NCBI GenBank assembly: GCA_047967505.1
Contig: CM106538.1
Strand: one strand, 5' to 3'
Length of the DNA stretch: 64,000 nucleotides
Source: Dipteris shenzhenensis
Lineage: Eukaryota
Part shown: positions 23,792 to 36,720 of the stretch, one piece after another
Numbering within the stretch: position 1 is the first letter of the stretch
Layout of the letters: every line of letters starts with the position of its first letter
Notes under the pieces: model-generated
Told to the model about the DNA's origin: nothing
Seen by the model: the letters and a program-made list of their open reading frames with translations, nothing else
Databases searched by the model: none
Made by a program: the position numbers and the translations under genes

Positions 23792-26700
23792 TGTTGAGAT
23801 ATCAAGCTCTACCCCCGATATATCTCCTGGATGACTATCATTTATGTCACCGCCTATGTTAGTTGTAATCGTGGTGTAGTTAGACTACCACGTATGTTTT
23901 TGGTTTGGGTTCACATATGAACCACGTATTCTAGGGTTTGACATATAGGGTATTTCCCTCTTCTATTGTATTGCTGTTGTGTGCAAAAGTGAAGAAAGGC
24001 TTCACCCTCCAACCTTGTGTCCTCTCTCTTTTGTGTGTTGTGAAGAAAGCTGAACTTGAGTCTCCTATCTCTCTCCCTTATTCTTTACATGGTATCAGAG
24101 CCTTGTTCGTGGTAAGAAGCTCAAGAAAGCAAGCCAAGTTTGTGGTGTCCTGGTAAGAGGACCAGTGTAGCTTTCCTATTTCGAGTTTGGGAGCAAATCT
24201 CTGCAGGTAGCATAGCCAGAAGTGCAGGAGTGCACTGTTTCAGATTGAGAGGCCCTTCGCGGTGTGGCGAGAGCGCAGTATATGCTACGGGCGAGGGCAA
24301 AGCCCTTGGTGACTTTATTTTTTTGATTTGAGGCCGTTTCGGAGCCCGTTTTGAAGGCGGAAGTTCTTCGCAGGCACTCAGAAAAAGGCCCTGTTTTTGC
24401 TGTGCGACCACCGCGCGGCTAGTCGGTGGAAAGGTGCCACAGAAATTGCATCGTATGCATGTGTGCAGAGATATTGGGACTTGCAGATTCATGCCTATTT
24501 CCTGTTGATGCAAAATCATCACTAGGAAGTGACTGTGTGGTGAAATACCACTTTCGTCAGTGTTGCAGATCTGCCCCTGTGAGGCTTTTTGTAGAAGTTT
24601 TGCTATTTGCCCTTGTGAGGCATTTGCTGTGTTTACAGGTTGGTGTTGCAATTCGTGATTTGTAAAATGTCTGAGAATCTGTCTACCATTGTCAGTGAGA
24701 AGCTTGACAAGAACAACTTCCAAGCATGGAAGTTCAGGATGACAAACTTCCTTATGGGAAAGGGAGTTTGGGATTACATCAGTGGTGAAACTGCAGAACC
24801 AGTTTTGGGTGCTGCTCCCACTCCTGCTGAATTGAAGGCCTTTAAAGAATGGCATGAAAAAGCCAGAAAATGCTTGTATTGGCTGTCTGTTAGCATTTCA
24901 GATTCTATCATTGTGCATATACAGGATGTAGAGACGCCTAAGGAGGCATGGGATACATTGGTGAAGCTGTATAGCACAAATACCAAAGCACGAAAGATGC
25001 AGCTAAAGCAGGAATTGCACAATGTGCAAAGGAAAAATCTGAATATAAATGAGTATTCCTTGAAGGTGAAAGGCCTTGCAGATTCTCTTGCCTCCATTGG
25101 AGCACCTGTTGATGATGAGGACTTAGTGTCCGTGACCTTGAACGGTCTTGGGAAAGATTATGCACAGTTTCGGACATCCATTGGAGTCCGTGAAACATTT
25201 CCTGATTTTCAGGAACTTATTGCTCTCTTGCTGAGTGAAGAGCAAAGGAATGGTGGTTCAGCCACCTCAACTTCTCAAGAGACTGCTTTCTACTCGAATA
25301 CAGGTAGAGGCAGAGGTAGAGGAAGAGGCCGTTTTGGTGGCCGTGCAGGAAATCAGAACCAACAGCAACAACAGGAAAACCAGTCCTATGGAGGAGGACG
25401 TGGTAGTTCTAGAGGCAAGGGGAGCCAAAGAGGCCGTGGTTCATGGCAAAGGAACCAGCAAGTAAATAGCAGCACAGAATGCTATTATTGTGGAAAGCCT
25501 GGACACAAGGAGAATACATGCTATAAAAAGCAGAATGACATCAAAAGTGGGAAGTTGCAGCAAAGCAACTATGCATCATCAAGTGGGCATGGTGACGATA
25601 GAAATGAGCACCTTTTTGTGATGCAGCATATGGTTAACTCCATGTCAGGAGATGATGCAGCTTGCAATGATGTTTGGTATGTTGATTCAGGTGCCTCTAA
25701 CCACATGACCAGTCATGGTGAGTGGTTTCATGATGTTAGAAATTTGGATAAGCCAGGTTATGTTGAAACAGGTGATGATACTGCGCACCCAATTACGCAG
25801 GTTGGTAAAGTGCCATTGGCTATGCAGGATGGCAAAACGAAGTACTTGGCAGATGTACTTCATGTTCCAAAAATCACTAAGAACCTGGTTTCAGTAGGCC
25901 AGATGGTTGAGCAAGGTCTGCAGGTTAGATTTAATCCTGATGGATGCTTTGTTGAGGACTTGAAAAATAAGTGCCGCTTGGTTGCGAAAGGCAACAAAAA
26001 TGGCAGAATGTTCACCTTGGATGTTGATATGCCTGAAGTGAAAGCTACTATGTTTGCGCATGGGAGAGGTGTCATTGCAGATATTGAGATATGGCACAAG
26101 CGCATTGGGCACGTGAATATACAAAGGCTGAAATCTATGCAAACGAAAAACATTGTTGCAGGTTTGCCTAAATTCAGAGTTGAGGGAATGCAAAAGGTAT
26201 GTGAAGCATGCCAAATGGGTAAGCAGGCCAGACATGCATTTCCCAAAAATGCTAAGGTGAGCAGAAGACCTTTGGAAGTGATCCATTCAGATGTTTGGAC
26301 AACCAAAGCTGCTTCTATTGGTGGATGCCATTATTATGTGACGTTTATTGATGACTACACTAGGAAGGTGTGGATTTATTTTATGAAGCACAAAAGTGAA
26401 GTGTTCAGCCATTTCAAGGCTTTTAAGGCCATGGTTGAAAAAGAGAAAGGTGTGCATATTAAAGTGCTAAGATCTGATGGAGGGGGAGAGTACTTTTCAG
26501 AAGAATTTTGTGAATATCTGAAAGAACAGGGAATTCAAAGGAAGTACTCATGCAGGTCTACCCCTCAGCAGAATGGGGTTGCAGAAAGGAAGAACAGGCA
26601 TATTGCAGAAGTAGGACGGGCGATCCTAAATGAGAAAAACATGCCTGATTACTTTTGGGCTGAAGCAGTAGCAACTGCTGTTTATATTATGAACAGAACC

Positions 26701-29276
26701 CCCACTGCAGCTGTCCATGGCATGACGCCTGAAGAAATGTATACAGGCCAAAAACCAGATATTTCTCACTTGAAGGTATTTGGTTGCATAGCTTATGTTC
26801 ATGTTCCTGATGAGAAGAGAACAAAGCTGGATCCAAAGGCAGAAAAATGCATCTTTATTGGATATGCTCTGCACCAGAAAGGGTATCGCTGTTATAACCC
26901 TTCCACCCGCAAAATGCAAGTGAGCAGAGATGTTGTTTTTGATGAAATGAGCAGCTGGTATGCACCAACTGTTATGGTAGGAGATGCAGATGCAGGAAAT
27001 GGGAATGCTGCAATAAATCCAGAGCAGCAATCTCAAGCCTTGAGTGGACCCAGAGAGTCCTCTACTAGTGGATCTAATGCATGGACAGGGAGATTGAATC
27101 TAGTGAATCGTCACATGGCAGTCCTGATAGTGTTGTGCAGGTATCACATAAGGGAAAAGAAAAAGTGTACCATGATCCAGTGTTTGATGTGTCTGCTGGT
27201 AGCTCTCATGTTGATGGAGAGTCAAGTGGCTCTGAAATGAGCCTTGATGAGGAACTTGGGATTCCTTCTGTTGTTACACCTGGTGCAAGGAAAAGCAGGC
27301 ATGATTTAAAGACTCCTGCAACTGATCCAGTTGTACGGAGGTCCACTCGTATTAAGTATCCAGTTGACAGGCTGAGATATGATGGGTATACAGCACATCA
27401 CTATGCTTATATGGTCAAGGTTCTAGAGGAGCCAGAGCCCACATGTTTTGAGGATGCAGCAGGGCATAAAAATTGGGAAGCAGCTATGGATGAAGAGATG
27501 GCTGCCTTGGATGCAAACCACACTTGGGATTTGATGCCTTTGCCTCATGATAAGAAGGCTATTGGCTGCAAGTGGGTTTACAAAGTAAAGCACAATGCTG
27601 ATGGGTCTGTTAGCAGGTATAAGGCAAGATTGGTTGCCAAAGGTTTTGCACAGACATATGGAATTGACTATGAGGAAACTTTCAGCCCAGTTGCAAGGAT
27701 GGCAACCGTGAGAGCAGTAATTGCTATGGCTGCTGCAAAGGGATGGTCTTTGCATCAGATGGATGTGAAAAATGCCTTCTTGCATGGTGATTTGCAGGAA
27801 GAGGTTTATATGATGCAGCCAGAAGGTTATGAGGATAATTCACACCCCGATTTTGTATGCAGGTTGCGCAAAGCCTTGTATGGCTTAAAACAGGCGCCGA
27901 GGGCATGGTCAGACAAGATAGGGCAATATCTTGTCACTATTGGATTTCAGATTTCCAATTCAGATTTTTCACTTTATGTGAAAAGGACAAACAGAGGGAT
28001 TGTGCTTATAGTCATCTATGTTGATGACTTGATTATTACAGGTGATAGTGATGCAGACATTAATGACGTGAAGCTGCTGTTGAAGCAGAAATTTGAGATG
28101 AAGGATTTGGGAGAGCTACGTTACTTCTTGGGCATTGAGGTTATTAGATCCCCGAGTGGGATATGGCTGTTGCAAAGGCAATACGGTTTGGACATGCTGT
28201 CCAAATATGGGATGACAGGCTGTAAGCCTATCTCTGTTCCATTGGAGCAGAATGTGAAGCTCAATGCAGAGACAGGTGAGCTTCTTGAAGATATTACTAT
28301 GTACAGGTGCATAGTAGGTAGCTTGATTTACATGACTATAACCAGACCAGATTTGAGCTATGCTGTGGGGCTGGTGAGTCAGTTTATGCAGGCACCAAGG
28401 AAGCCACATTTGGATGCGGCTAGATGCATACTGCGGTATGTGAAGTCCACATTGCATTATGGACTGTTTTATGAAGCTGGGTGTGCATTACAGGTACATG
28501 GATACACAGATGCTGACTGGGCTGGTAGTGTCTCAGACAGGAGATCTACTAGTGGTTTTATGTTTTCTCTTGGGAGTGGTGCCATCAGTTGGAGCAGCAA
28601 GAAGCAGCCAACAGTTGCCTTGTCGAGCACAGAGGCTGAGTACAGGGGTGCAGCAATGGCTGCATGTGAGGTAGCTTGGTTACGGAAGCTACTTGCAGAT
28701 ATGGGACAGTCAGTTCATGCAGCAGTTGTCATTCATTGTGACAACATTAGCAGCATCATGCTTGCTAATAACCCAGTTTATCATGCTAGAACGAAGCACA
28801 TTGAGGTGCATTATCACTTTGTGAGAGAGAAGGTTCTAGCTGGTGAGATTGATCTTGTCTATGTCAGCACTGAGGAGCAGGTGGCTGATATTTTTATGAA
28901 GGCATTGGGTACCGAGAAGCTTCGCAGATTTAGGAGCTTGCTTGGTGTACGTGAGATGGATTTGAGCTTGAGGGGGAGTGTTGAGATATCAAGCTCTACC
29001 CCCGATATATCTCCTGGATGACTATCATTTATGTCACCGCCTATGTTAGTTGTAATCGTGGTGTAGTTAGACTACCACGTATGTTTTTGGTTTGGGTTCA
29101 CATATGAACCACGTATTCTAGGGTTTGACATATAGGGTATTTCCCTCTTCTATTGTATTGCTGTTGTGTGCAAAAGTGAAGAAAGGCTTCACCCTCCAAC
29201 CTTGTGTCCTCTCTCTTTTGTGTGTTGTGAAGAAAGCTGAACTTGAGTCTCCTATCTCTCTCCCTTATTCTTTACA
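23792..29276 (+). mobile_element. Young full-length Ty1/copia LTR retrotransposon
   Basis: 298-bp TG...CA LTRs at 23792-24089 and 28979-29276 that look identical by eye. TSD CATGT at 23787-23791 and 29277-29281. PBS TGGTATCAGAGC at 24090. PPT GAGGGGGAG just before 28979. Confidence 0.98.
24667..29021 (+). CDS. Copia gag-pol polyprotein with one frameshift near 27090-27100
   Basis: Likely start MSENLSTIVSEKLDKNNF. Knuckle CYYCGKPGHKENTC, protease WYVDSGASNHMT, integrase RSDGGGEY/PQQNGVAER, RT IYVDD and RNase H YTDADWAG. ORFs 24640-27240 and 27081-29021 overlap in different frames. Confidence 0.93.
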
Positions 29277-30939
29277 CATGTGGCATACATCTAACCACAC
29301 CCAGCCTTATGCCATGTGTAGATAAGTTTTGGTCAACCAAACCTAGGGTCACCATTGGTCATCAGTGACACATCACCTGCCACATCACCAATGACACATC
29401 ACTTGCCATGTCATCAAGGACACATCATCAGTGCCACATCATCTACGACATCATCTATTGACATCATCATCTGTGCCACCTCAGCTGTCTAGTCAGCACT
29501 GACCTCTACAGGCACACGTAGTGCTCCACAATCACTGCATGTGGCCACTTCTACCACCTCAGCATAGGGCTCCACTAGCACACCTCTTGCTAGGCACAGT
29601 GCCACATCATCACTGCATGTGACTCATAGTGACACATCATCATTGAGCACCATTTGCACTCCTTTTGCCCCTCCACCTAGATCCAGCCGTATCTCTTGAT
29701 CCAAGAAGAATTTGAGGGCACTCCAAGAAGGAAAGTTGCTCATTTTTTTGTGCTCTACACGCTCGTCACATCACATGCACATTTCGGTGCAAGTTACACT
29801 CACATTTGAGCCTTGCCGACCAAACCACTTCCTTCATGCACATTTGCCTCTACATCGATGCATCTGACCTAGCACTTAAAAAGAACAAAAGAAAAGGAAT
29901 TATTTGCTGTTCTTTCATCGTTTGATGGTTGGTATAGATCTAGATCAGAGTAGACTAGATTGCCATAGAGGGGATGCTTTGAATTGCCCCAAGTTGCCAA
30001 TCTAAGCCATGCCCGAAATTCTCGACTAGTACCTACTCGGAGTCACGCTCACATATGGTTTCACATCATTACATTACCTGAAACCTTACATTCATTAGTT
30101 CAGTGAGCAGACTTCAGAGTTCAGAGGCATTGCAGATTGTTTCAGTGGGCAGATAGCATTTGATTTCACACACACATGCCACCATTGTAAAGCCTATTCG
30201 GCTATCTCACGGCATCGTGCACATCATTTCAGCCTTGTAAAGCCTCTTGGCTATTCCCGGCATCATTGCCACAAGCCTTGTAATACAGATCAGATTTTAT
30301 ATATTGCAGTTCTATCTTCATCGATGGTACAGAGATTTCACTTGGCATAATCAGTGTATTTGCAGTTGATTCATACAGAGATTTTCATGACACTTTTGAG
30401 TACATTTCTTGCACCATGTCGACTAGCAACCTCAATCTAGAGGCATCTGTTATGTTAGACAACTCCAATTACGGTACATGGAAATACTGAATGGAGACCA
30501 TTCTTGTACTTAAATGGGAGTATGTGGATGGGTCTACACCTAGACCATTGGCCGATCCACATAAAAGACTACAACAATCAACTTGCAGCAGCAGAAGAGA
30601 CTGTGAACCCCACAAAAATGGTTCAAGTCATTCTGAATGGACTAGGATAGGGATACGAGAATCTAGTCCAGAGTATTGCCATTCAACGGCAAATTCCAAC
30701 ACTCGAAGAACTTCAGTCAGTCCTACTTGGTGAAGAACTCAGGACTCAAGCCATTCAAGCATGTAAAGGTCATTCTAATAATCAAGCATTCACAGCTTCA
30801 GATAGAAGCAGAAGTAGACGCAAAGGCAAAGGTAGATCATATCAGAATAATGGTCATCATCAGCAACAAAATCAAAGTCAACATCAACATCAGCATCAGC
30901 ATCATCCTCAGCAACATCAGAATCAACAAAGAGGAAATC

Positions 30940-31184
30940 CTCAGGGGGGTCACTATGTATAAACCCTCTATATCACGTGCGTTCAAGGCATATTTCTAAA
31001 ATCTCTTATCTGTAAAATTTTCATTAATAAAATGTACCCTTTTTCTATACAAATCTGTATTTTTTTTTTTAATTGTTTTAAATACTCCCTTATGTAAATT
31101 AACTTTTGTTAAATTTAGATATTAAAAACATCCTTCTGTTGAACTCACGTGATAGGGTTACATATAATGAGTGACCCCCTCGAG
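30940..31184. mobile_element. MITE, copy 1 (245 bp), inserted in copia gag
   Basis: TIRs CTCAGGGGGGTCACT ... AGTGACCCCCTCGAG. 8-bp TSD AGGAAATC at 30932-30939 and 31185-31192. AT-rich interior. Confidence 0.92.
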
Positions 31185-32799
31185 AGGAAATCATTCCAAT
31201 CGAGGAAGATTCCAAGGACGAGGGAATGCATCCACCAATGTGTCAAACATCCAGTGCAACTACTATCACAAGTTTGGACACTATGAAAGAGATTGCTGCA
31301 AGAAGCAGTACGACCAAGGCAGTCAATCTAGTAGTAATCGAGGGAATTCCTGAGGTAGAAAAAATCATTGTGGTGGACATTCTAGTCACAGTCATTTTGC
31401 AAATGAACATGGAAATATGTTTCTTGCAAGCAAGGAATTGCATCAGACTGATACACTGTACCTAGACACTGATTTCAATCCCAAAGAGGATTTCAGCTAT
31501 CAAGTCGACCAAGTGGAACAAGATCCTTGGTACATCGACAACGGTGCATCATCTCACATGACAAATCATTAGGAATGGTTCACAGAGATGAAACCATTAG
31601 AAGGTCAGAAAAATGTCATCTACACAGTAGACAATACATCGAATCCGGTCCAAGGGACAGGTGTTATCCCTATGAACAATTTCACTAGTACAAAAGGATT
31701 AGTGAAAGATGTGCTCTATGTTCCAAAGCTCAACAAAAACCTTTTGTCAGTAGGTCAAATGATGGAACACAATTACAAAGTCATCTTCGACGATGATGAA
31801 TGCACTATCAGAGATAAATCCAAAAGATGTCAGCTAGTAGCAAAAGGTGTCAAGGAAGGATGCTTATACAGATTTCTAGCTACAGTACCAGATAAGCATG
31901 CCATGTCAGCTCAACCGCAATAGATGCCACTATCTGCAAGATGGCACAAGAGATATGGTCATGTCAACTTCAAGTACTTGTTAGATCTCAAGAATCAGAA
32001 TATGGCAATTGGGATTCCGAAGCTACAGTTTCTTGGAAAAGTTTGTGAAGCATGCTGCTTCGGCAAACAAAAGCAAACCAACTTTGTCAGAAGTACCTCT
32101 CGTGCACGAGGTATTCTTGATTTGATACATACAAATGTATGGGGTTATGCCCAGACCCACAGCATCAATGGTTCACTTTACTACTTGACTTTCATCGATG
32201 ACTACAGCAGATATTGTTGGGTCTACTTTCTGAATGAGAAATCTAAAGTGTTTTCCAGATTTCAAGAATTCAAAGCCATGGTAGAAAACCAGACAGGCAA
32301 GAAGATCAAGGTCATGAGATCAGATAGAGGAGGTGAATACATGTCTTCAGCATTCATGAACTTTTGCAGAAATCATGGCATTCGAAGACAATTCACATGT
32401 GCAAATACTCCTCAACAGAATGCAAGAGCTGAAAGGAAGAATGGGACTTTAGCAGACAATGCTAGAGCAATGCTTAGTGAAAAGCATCTTCTGAATCAGT
32501 ATTAGGCACAAGCAATAGCCACTACAAACTATTTGCTTAATCGGCTTCCTACAGAACCGATACAGGGTATGACTCCTTATGAAGCATTCATTGGACACAA
32601 GCCACACATTGGGCATCTCTGCATATTTGGTTGCATAGCATATGCTCACATACATGATGATCATCGCAGGAAATTGGATGCAAAGTCACGCAAATGCATC
32701 ATGGTTGGCTACAGTGAAGAAAGCAAAGCATACAAATTGTATGATCCCATCAACCGCAAGGTCATTATCTCCAGAGATGTAATCTTTGATGAGGAATCA

Positions 32800-33957
32800 A
32801 TTAGCCTCACTTTCCATGCTCTCTATATGCTCTATCCAAATAGAATTTATGTTCAGTCCACTCTCTTTATATAGCGGTGTGTTTATGAGTTCATGCATAG
32901 CTTGCATGGTCTTCATAAGCCGCACAACACCACTCATGTCATTATGTGCATATTCCATCTTGCGCTTAATTGCGATCAGGACTATGGCGTTGTGTGCTAG
33001 GAACCTTGGTAGTACTTGCGGTGCCCTATCAGTGTCTGTGAACACATTGACAACACTCCCATGCAATCCATATTGGCCCTCATATGATAGCTCACAAATC
33101 TGTGCAAATGGTAGCCTTATAGCCATGAGTCTTTCCTCAACCCTATTGAGAGTAGATACATGTTGTGTTTGAGGCTGGATTGGCATGTTTTTGAAATAAA
33201 AAGTTGGTGTTTTGTTCTTTCGTAATTCCTACAAGCATAGCATGCATATGCATGGTTCTGTGGATGTTAGTTCGACAGGTGCATCACCTAGCAAATTCGA
33301 GGTGCCCTCGAATTGAATGGGGAGCTTCTTCAAATTTATAGCAAATTTGAGGGTCCTGCAGCTTGCATAGGGATATCTAGGTGTGTCTTGTACATTGTTG
33401 TTATATGTTTGTTGGGTGCTCCTGCTAGCTCTTTTTCGTTTTCTCTTCGGTCATACAGGTACAAGATCTGGGGTATGTTGGTCTGCTGCCTGTAACTCTA
33501 GTTGCAGGGAGCAGCCTACATGGGAGCTACATGATCTCGGAACCATTGCAAGGATGCAATTGTCAGCAGCTACAGACTTGATCTTATATATCTTGCTGCA
33601 AACGCTGGGGATGGTGTACTAAGAGTTGCTCTGATGCTCATTAAATAGGAAAGCAACTTTTCTTGCAAGCAATCGAGGTAGGCTAGTTACAAGTGCTTGC
33701 AAGCGCAGCTCATCTTTTGGATGCCAATGCGTGTAGGCCCTTTTGCCCCGATCCACATACAGCGAGGTGAGGAAAGCAGGGCAAGCCCAGTCATTCATTA
33801 AAATGCTATGATTTGGATTTGGACATCCATTGCCGATTGCAACTCGATGAATGACTGATTTACCATCATGCAAGACAAGGGTGAAAGAGGCATTGATCGC
33901 CTCAGACAAGCGCGACAAGCAGTCGTGGACGAGGGATCTGGACATGGATGACTGCAT
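32800..33957 (-). mobile_element. Helitron Rep pseudogene, 5' fragment (DUF6570-like region)
   Basis: LNRVEERLMAIRLPFAQI...GQYGLHGSVVNVFTD...VLPR...IKRKMEY...NTPLY. Same strand as the 20540-22170 Rep fragment and located upstream of it. Confidence 0.8.
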
Positions 33958-35514
33958 TACATTTATATAATCTCTTTTTGTTCAATTTGAGGCGCTCATT
34001 ATGCACTACTATTAACTTTTATCTTTGAATGGTTATGGTTGCTATCTTTAATCTTTTGGCCTTTAAGGATCTCAGCAATTGCCAAGTTTTATAAATATAA
34101 GATACTCTGTTCAATTTTTTCTCAGTATAAGTTGTTAATTTTTATATAACCTGTTATTGGATGTAGATGTACATTGTAATATCTTTTGCTCAATTTTCAC
34201 TCAATGAATTGTAGTTGATTATCTGGATGGCACCACCAGGCCTTCAATCACTGCGATGGCTTGGAATACTTTTGCCCTCATTTATATTTACTACAACAAG
34301 GACTAAAATACCAGTAAAGTAGGACTACAATTTCCTTGGTTTATGACCAAAATAGTGCTAAAATAGCTCCAATGACCCACCGTTGTGGTTGCATGGAGAT
34401 ACAACTAGAAAAATACAATTAAACTTTCAGAAAATGCAATTGACGATATGGCCCTTGAGGGGTCCCCTCTCAGGGTAAGGTCCATATCGACATGCATTAT
34501 AAAATATCCAAGATGCCACTGGACAGATATGGCATGTCGATATCACCCTTGCCCCTAAAGGGGACCCCTCAAGGGCCATATCATTACTTGCATTTTGCTT
34601 GGTTGCACAAGGAAATACATTTTCCTTGGTACACAAATATATAACTCCAAGAACCAGTGCGGTGGCTATCATAGATCTCCTTTTGTTTGCCAGCACGTTG
34701 GTCATCATAGACATCCTCCTGTAATACGTAAAAATAGGTAATAGTGCTATATCTCCAAGAACCACTACAATGGTCGCTCCAAGATAACCTTGAATTATGG
34801 GCAATGATAGGTCATAAAGCTAGAGACTGCGCTGAGGCAATGCTCAAAATGATAGATTGTGTCTCATTCTCACACCAAAAACCTGTGTGGTGGTCTCTCC
34901 AAGCCAACCTATGATTTGCATGGGCAAAGCTGCGGAAAAGGCTACACGATGACAGGTGGTCAGGCTAGAGACTTCATTGCGATGGTGTTCAGAATGATAG
35001 ATTGCATCTCATTATTATGCCAAGAACCAGCGTGGTGGTCTCTCCAAGCCAACCTTGAATTTTAATGATCTGCATGGGTGCAGTGCTGCCCAGTGATAGG
35101 TTGCAAAGCTGCGACGGCAAAAGGCTACACGATGATAAGTGGTTAGGCCAGAGGCTACGTTGCATGATGCAGTTTAGAAATGCATGATGTAGTGCAGAGC
35201 TACCATGTGTCGAGCTCTGCAGTGTTCAAAATAAATAGATTGCGTCTCATTATTATGCCAGTGTGGCATCAAAATGTGACGTCAGGAAAATTTTCGGCAA
35301 GAGCGTGGGTCCACGCAAAATTCAAAATTTCACCCAGGAGCACGTCGCATCGCGGCCCCAAAATGGCCCCAAAAATAGTTCTGCGATTGGCTACACCCAA
35401 GCAAATGTTGACCCATGGAGTAAACCAATCCCCCCTCCACCGCAATACTGCAAAGAGCAAGTCCAACTATCCCCAACACCTCTCGTGTGATAGTGACTTA
35501 TCAGTCAACAATGA

Positions 35515-35870
35515 CTGGCAGTGAGAACCATCACTTGTCAACCCCCCTTACTCTAAAGTGGGTAGGAGTCTTGCATAGCCATAAGAGTAAACACCCATTA
35601 CAATCACTGTTTGGGGGACTACCCAAGGCAAAGTACCCTTATTGACTCGAAAGCCACACTTCTCAATTAGCTGCAATTGGCAGTAGTGAGGACCATCACT
35701 CACCCACCCTTACTCTGAATTGGGTAGGAGTCTTGCATATCCATAAGAGTAAACATCCAATACAATCACTTTTTGGGGGATTACCTAGGGTAGAGTATCC
35801 TTATTGACTCTAAATCCACAAAATCATACATCATTTTAGAGGGACTACTCAAGGCCGAGAACCCTTATTG
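35515..35870. repeat. Imperfect direct repeats of ~165 bp
   Basis: ACCATCACT...CCCTTACTCT...TGGGTAGGAGTCTTGCATA.CCATAAGAGTAAACA occurs twice, plus a partial third copy. Confidence 0.75.
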
Positions 35871-36189
35871 GCGTACACAAGACAAATTAGAATACATATG
35901 GGTTGTCATCCTCAATGAGGGTGACATGGGCAGTGAGTGTGTGGTAGAGGTCTAGAATCTCCTATGGGATCTCCTATGTTGCAACCATGTTGGCATGATG
36001 ATGGTTTTGTTCTTTTTCTTTCTTTCTGTAGCAATTTGTTTCCATATGGCCCTTGCACTTACAATATTTGCACGTGATCAATGTTTTTATGGGTTTTCCA
36101 TTTGCTACTGGAGGCAAGAGCCTGCTCAGTGCTTGATGTAAAGAGTGGAGATTCTTTGTTTTGGCAATCTTTTTCGAGAAGAAGAGTCA

Positions 36190-36720
36190 CCATATCATCA
36201 AAGGTTGTCAAGGCAATCCTAAGTACTTCAAGAGTGTTCTCAAAATGAGAGACTCCTTCTCTTCATGATGACAGCCATTTTTTCCTCATCATCAGGTTGA
36301 CACCAAGCTGGGAAGTTGTTGAACAAGAGATTGCATTTTTGCCACATGTGCACTTAAAGCATCATTATTATCCATTTTTAACTTATAAAATTATAGCTTC
36401 AAGAGAACCTTGGAGTTTGTGATTTTGTTACGAAACAGATTCTCGAGATGCTCCCAAATTTCCTTGGCCTTTGATTTGAAGTTGATATGATGAATCAAAG
36501 TGTCAGCGAGGCAAAGTCCAATAAGAGAAATGTTTCTTCAATTGTGTTGCTTCCATATCTTGAGCTGTTGAGGGTCCATTGTTGTAGCATAGCCCTCATC
36601 CTCAATGACATCGTATACAATTTCTTTCATAAGGAGCAGCTACACTTTAGTTTGCCAAGTGGGAAATCCTTTGTCTACAAACTTCTCGATAATGAGGAAC
36701 GTATTGGAAAGAGAAGGCAT
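36190..36720 (-). mobile_element. Decayed copia gag (UBN2-like) fragment
   Basis: Manual translation gives MPSLSNTFLIIEKFVDKGFPTWQTKV*LLLMKE...IGLCLADTLIHHI...KAKEIWEHLENLF, with stops. Confidence 0.65.

Larger units (their letters stand above)
22173..32800 (+). mobile_element. Older Ty1/copia element (5' LTR, PBS, long leader, gag-protease-integrase), 3'-deleted and hosting two insertions
   Basis: LTR ~22173-22428 ending CA, then PBS TGGTATCAGAGC at 22429. Gag starts MSTSNLNLEASVMLDNSNYGTWK at ~30416. Knuckle CNYYHKFGHYERDC, WYIDNGASSHMT, WHKRYGH, RSDRGGEY, TPQQNARAER and ISRDVIFDE. RT and 3' LTR are missing. Confidence 0.88.

Noticed and set aside
27081-27240. Programmed ribosomal frameshift in copia pol
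   Set aside because: There is no obvious slippery heptamer and the position is atypical; a single-base indel is the simpler explanation.
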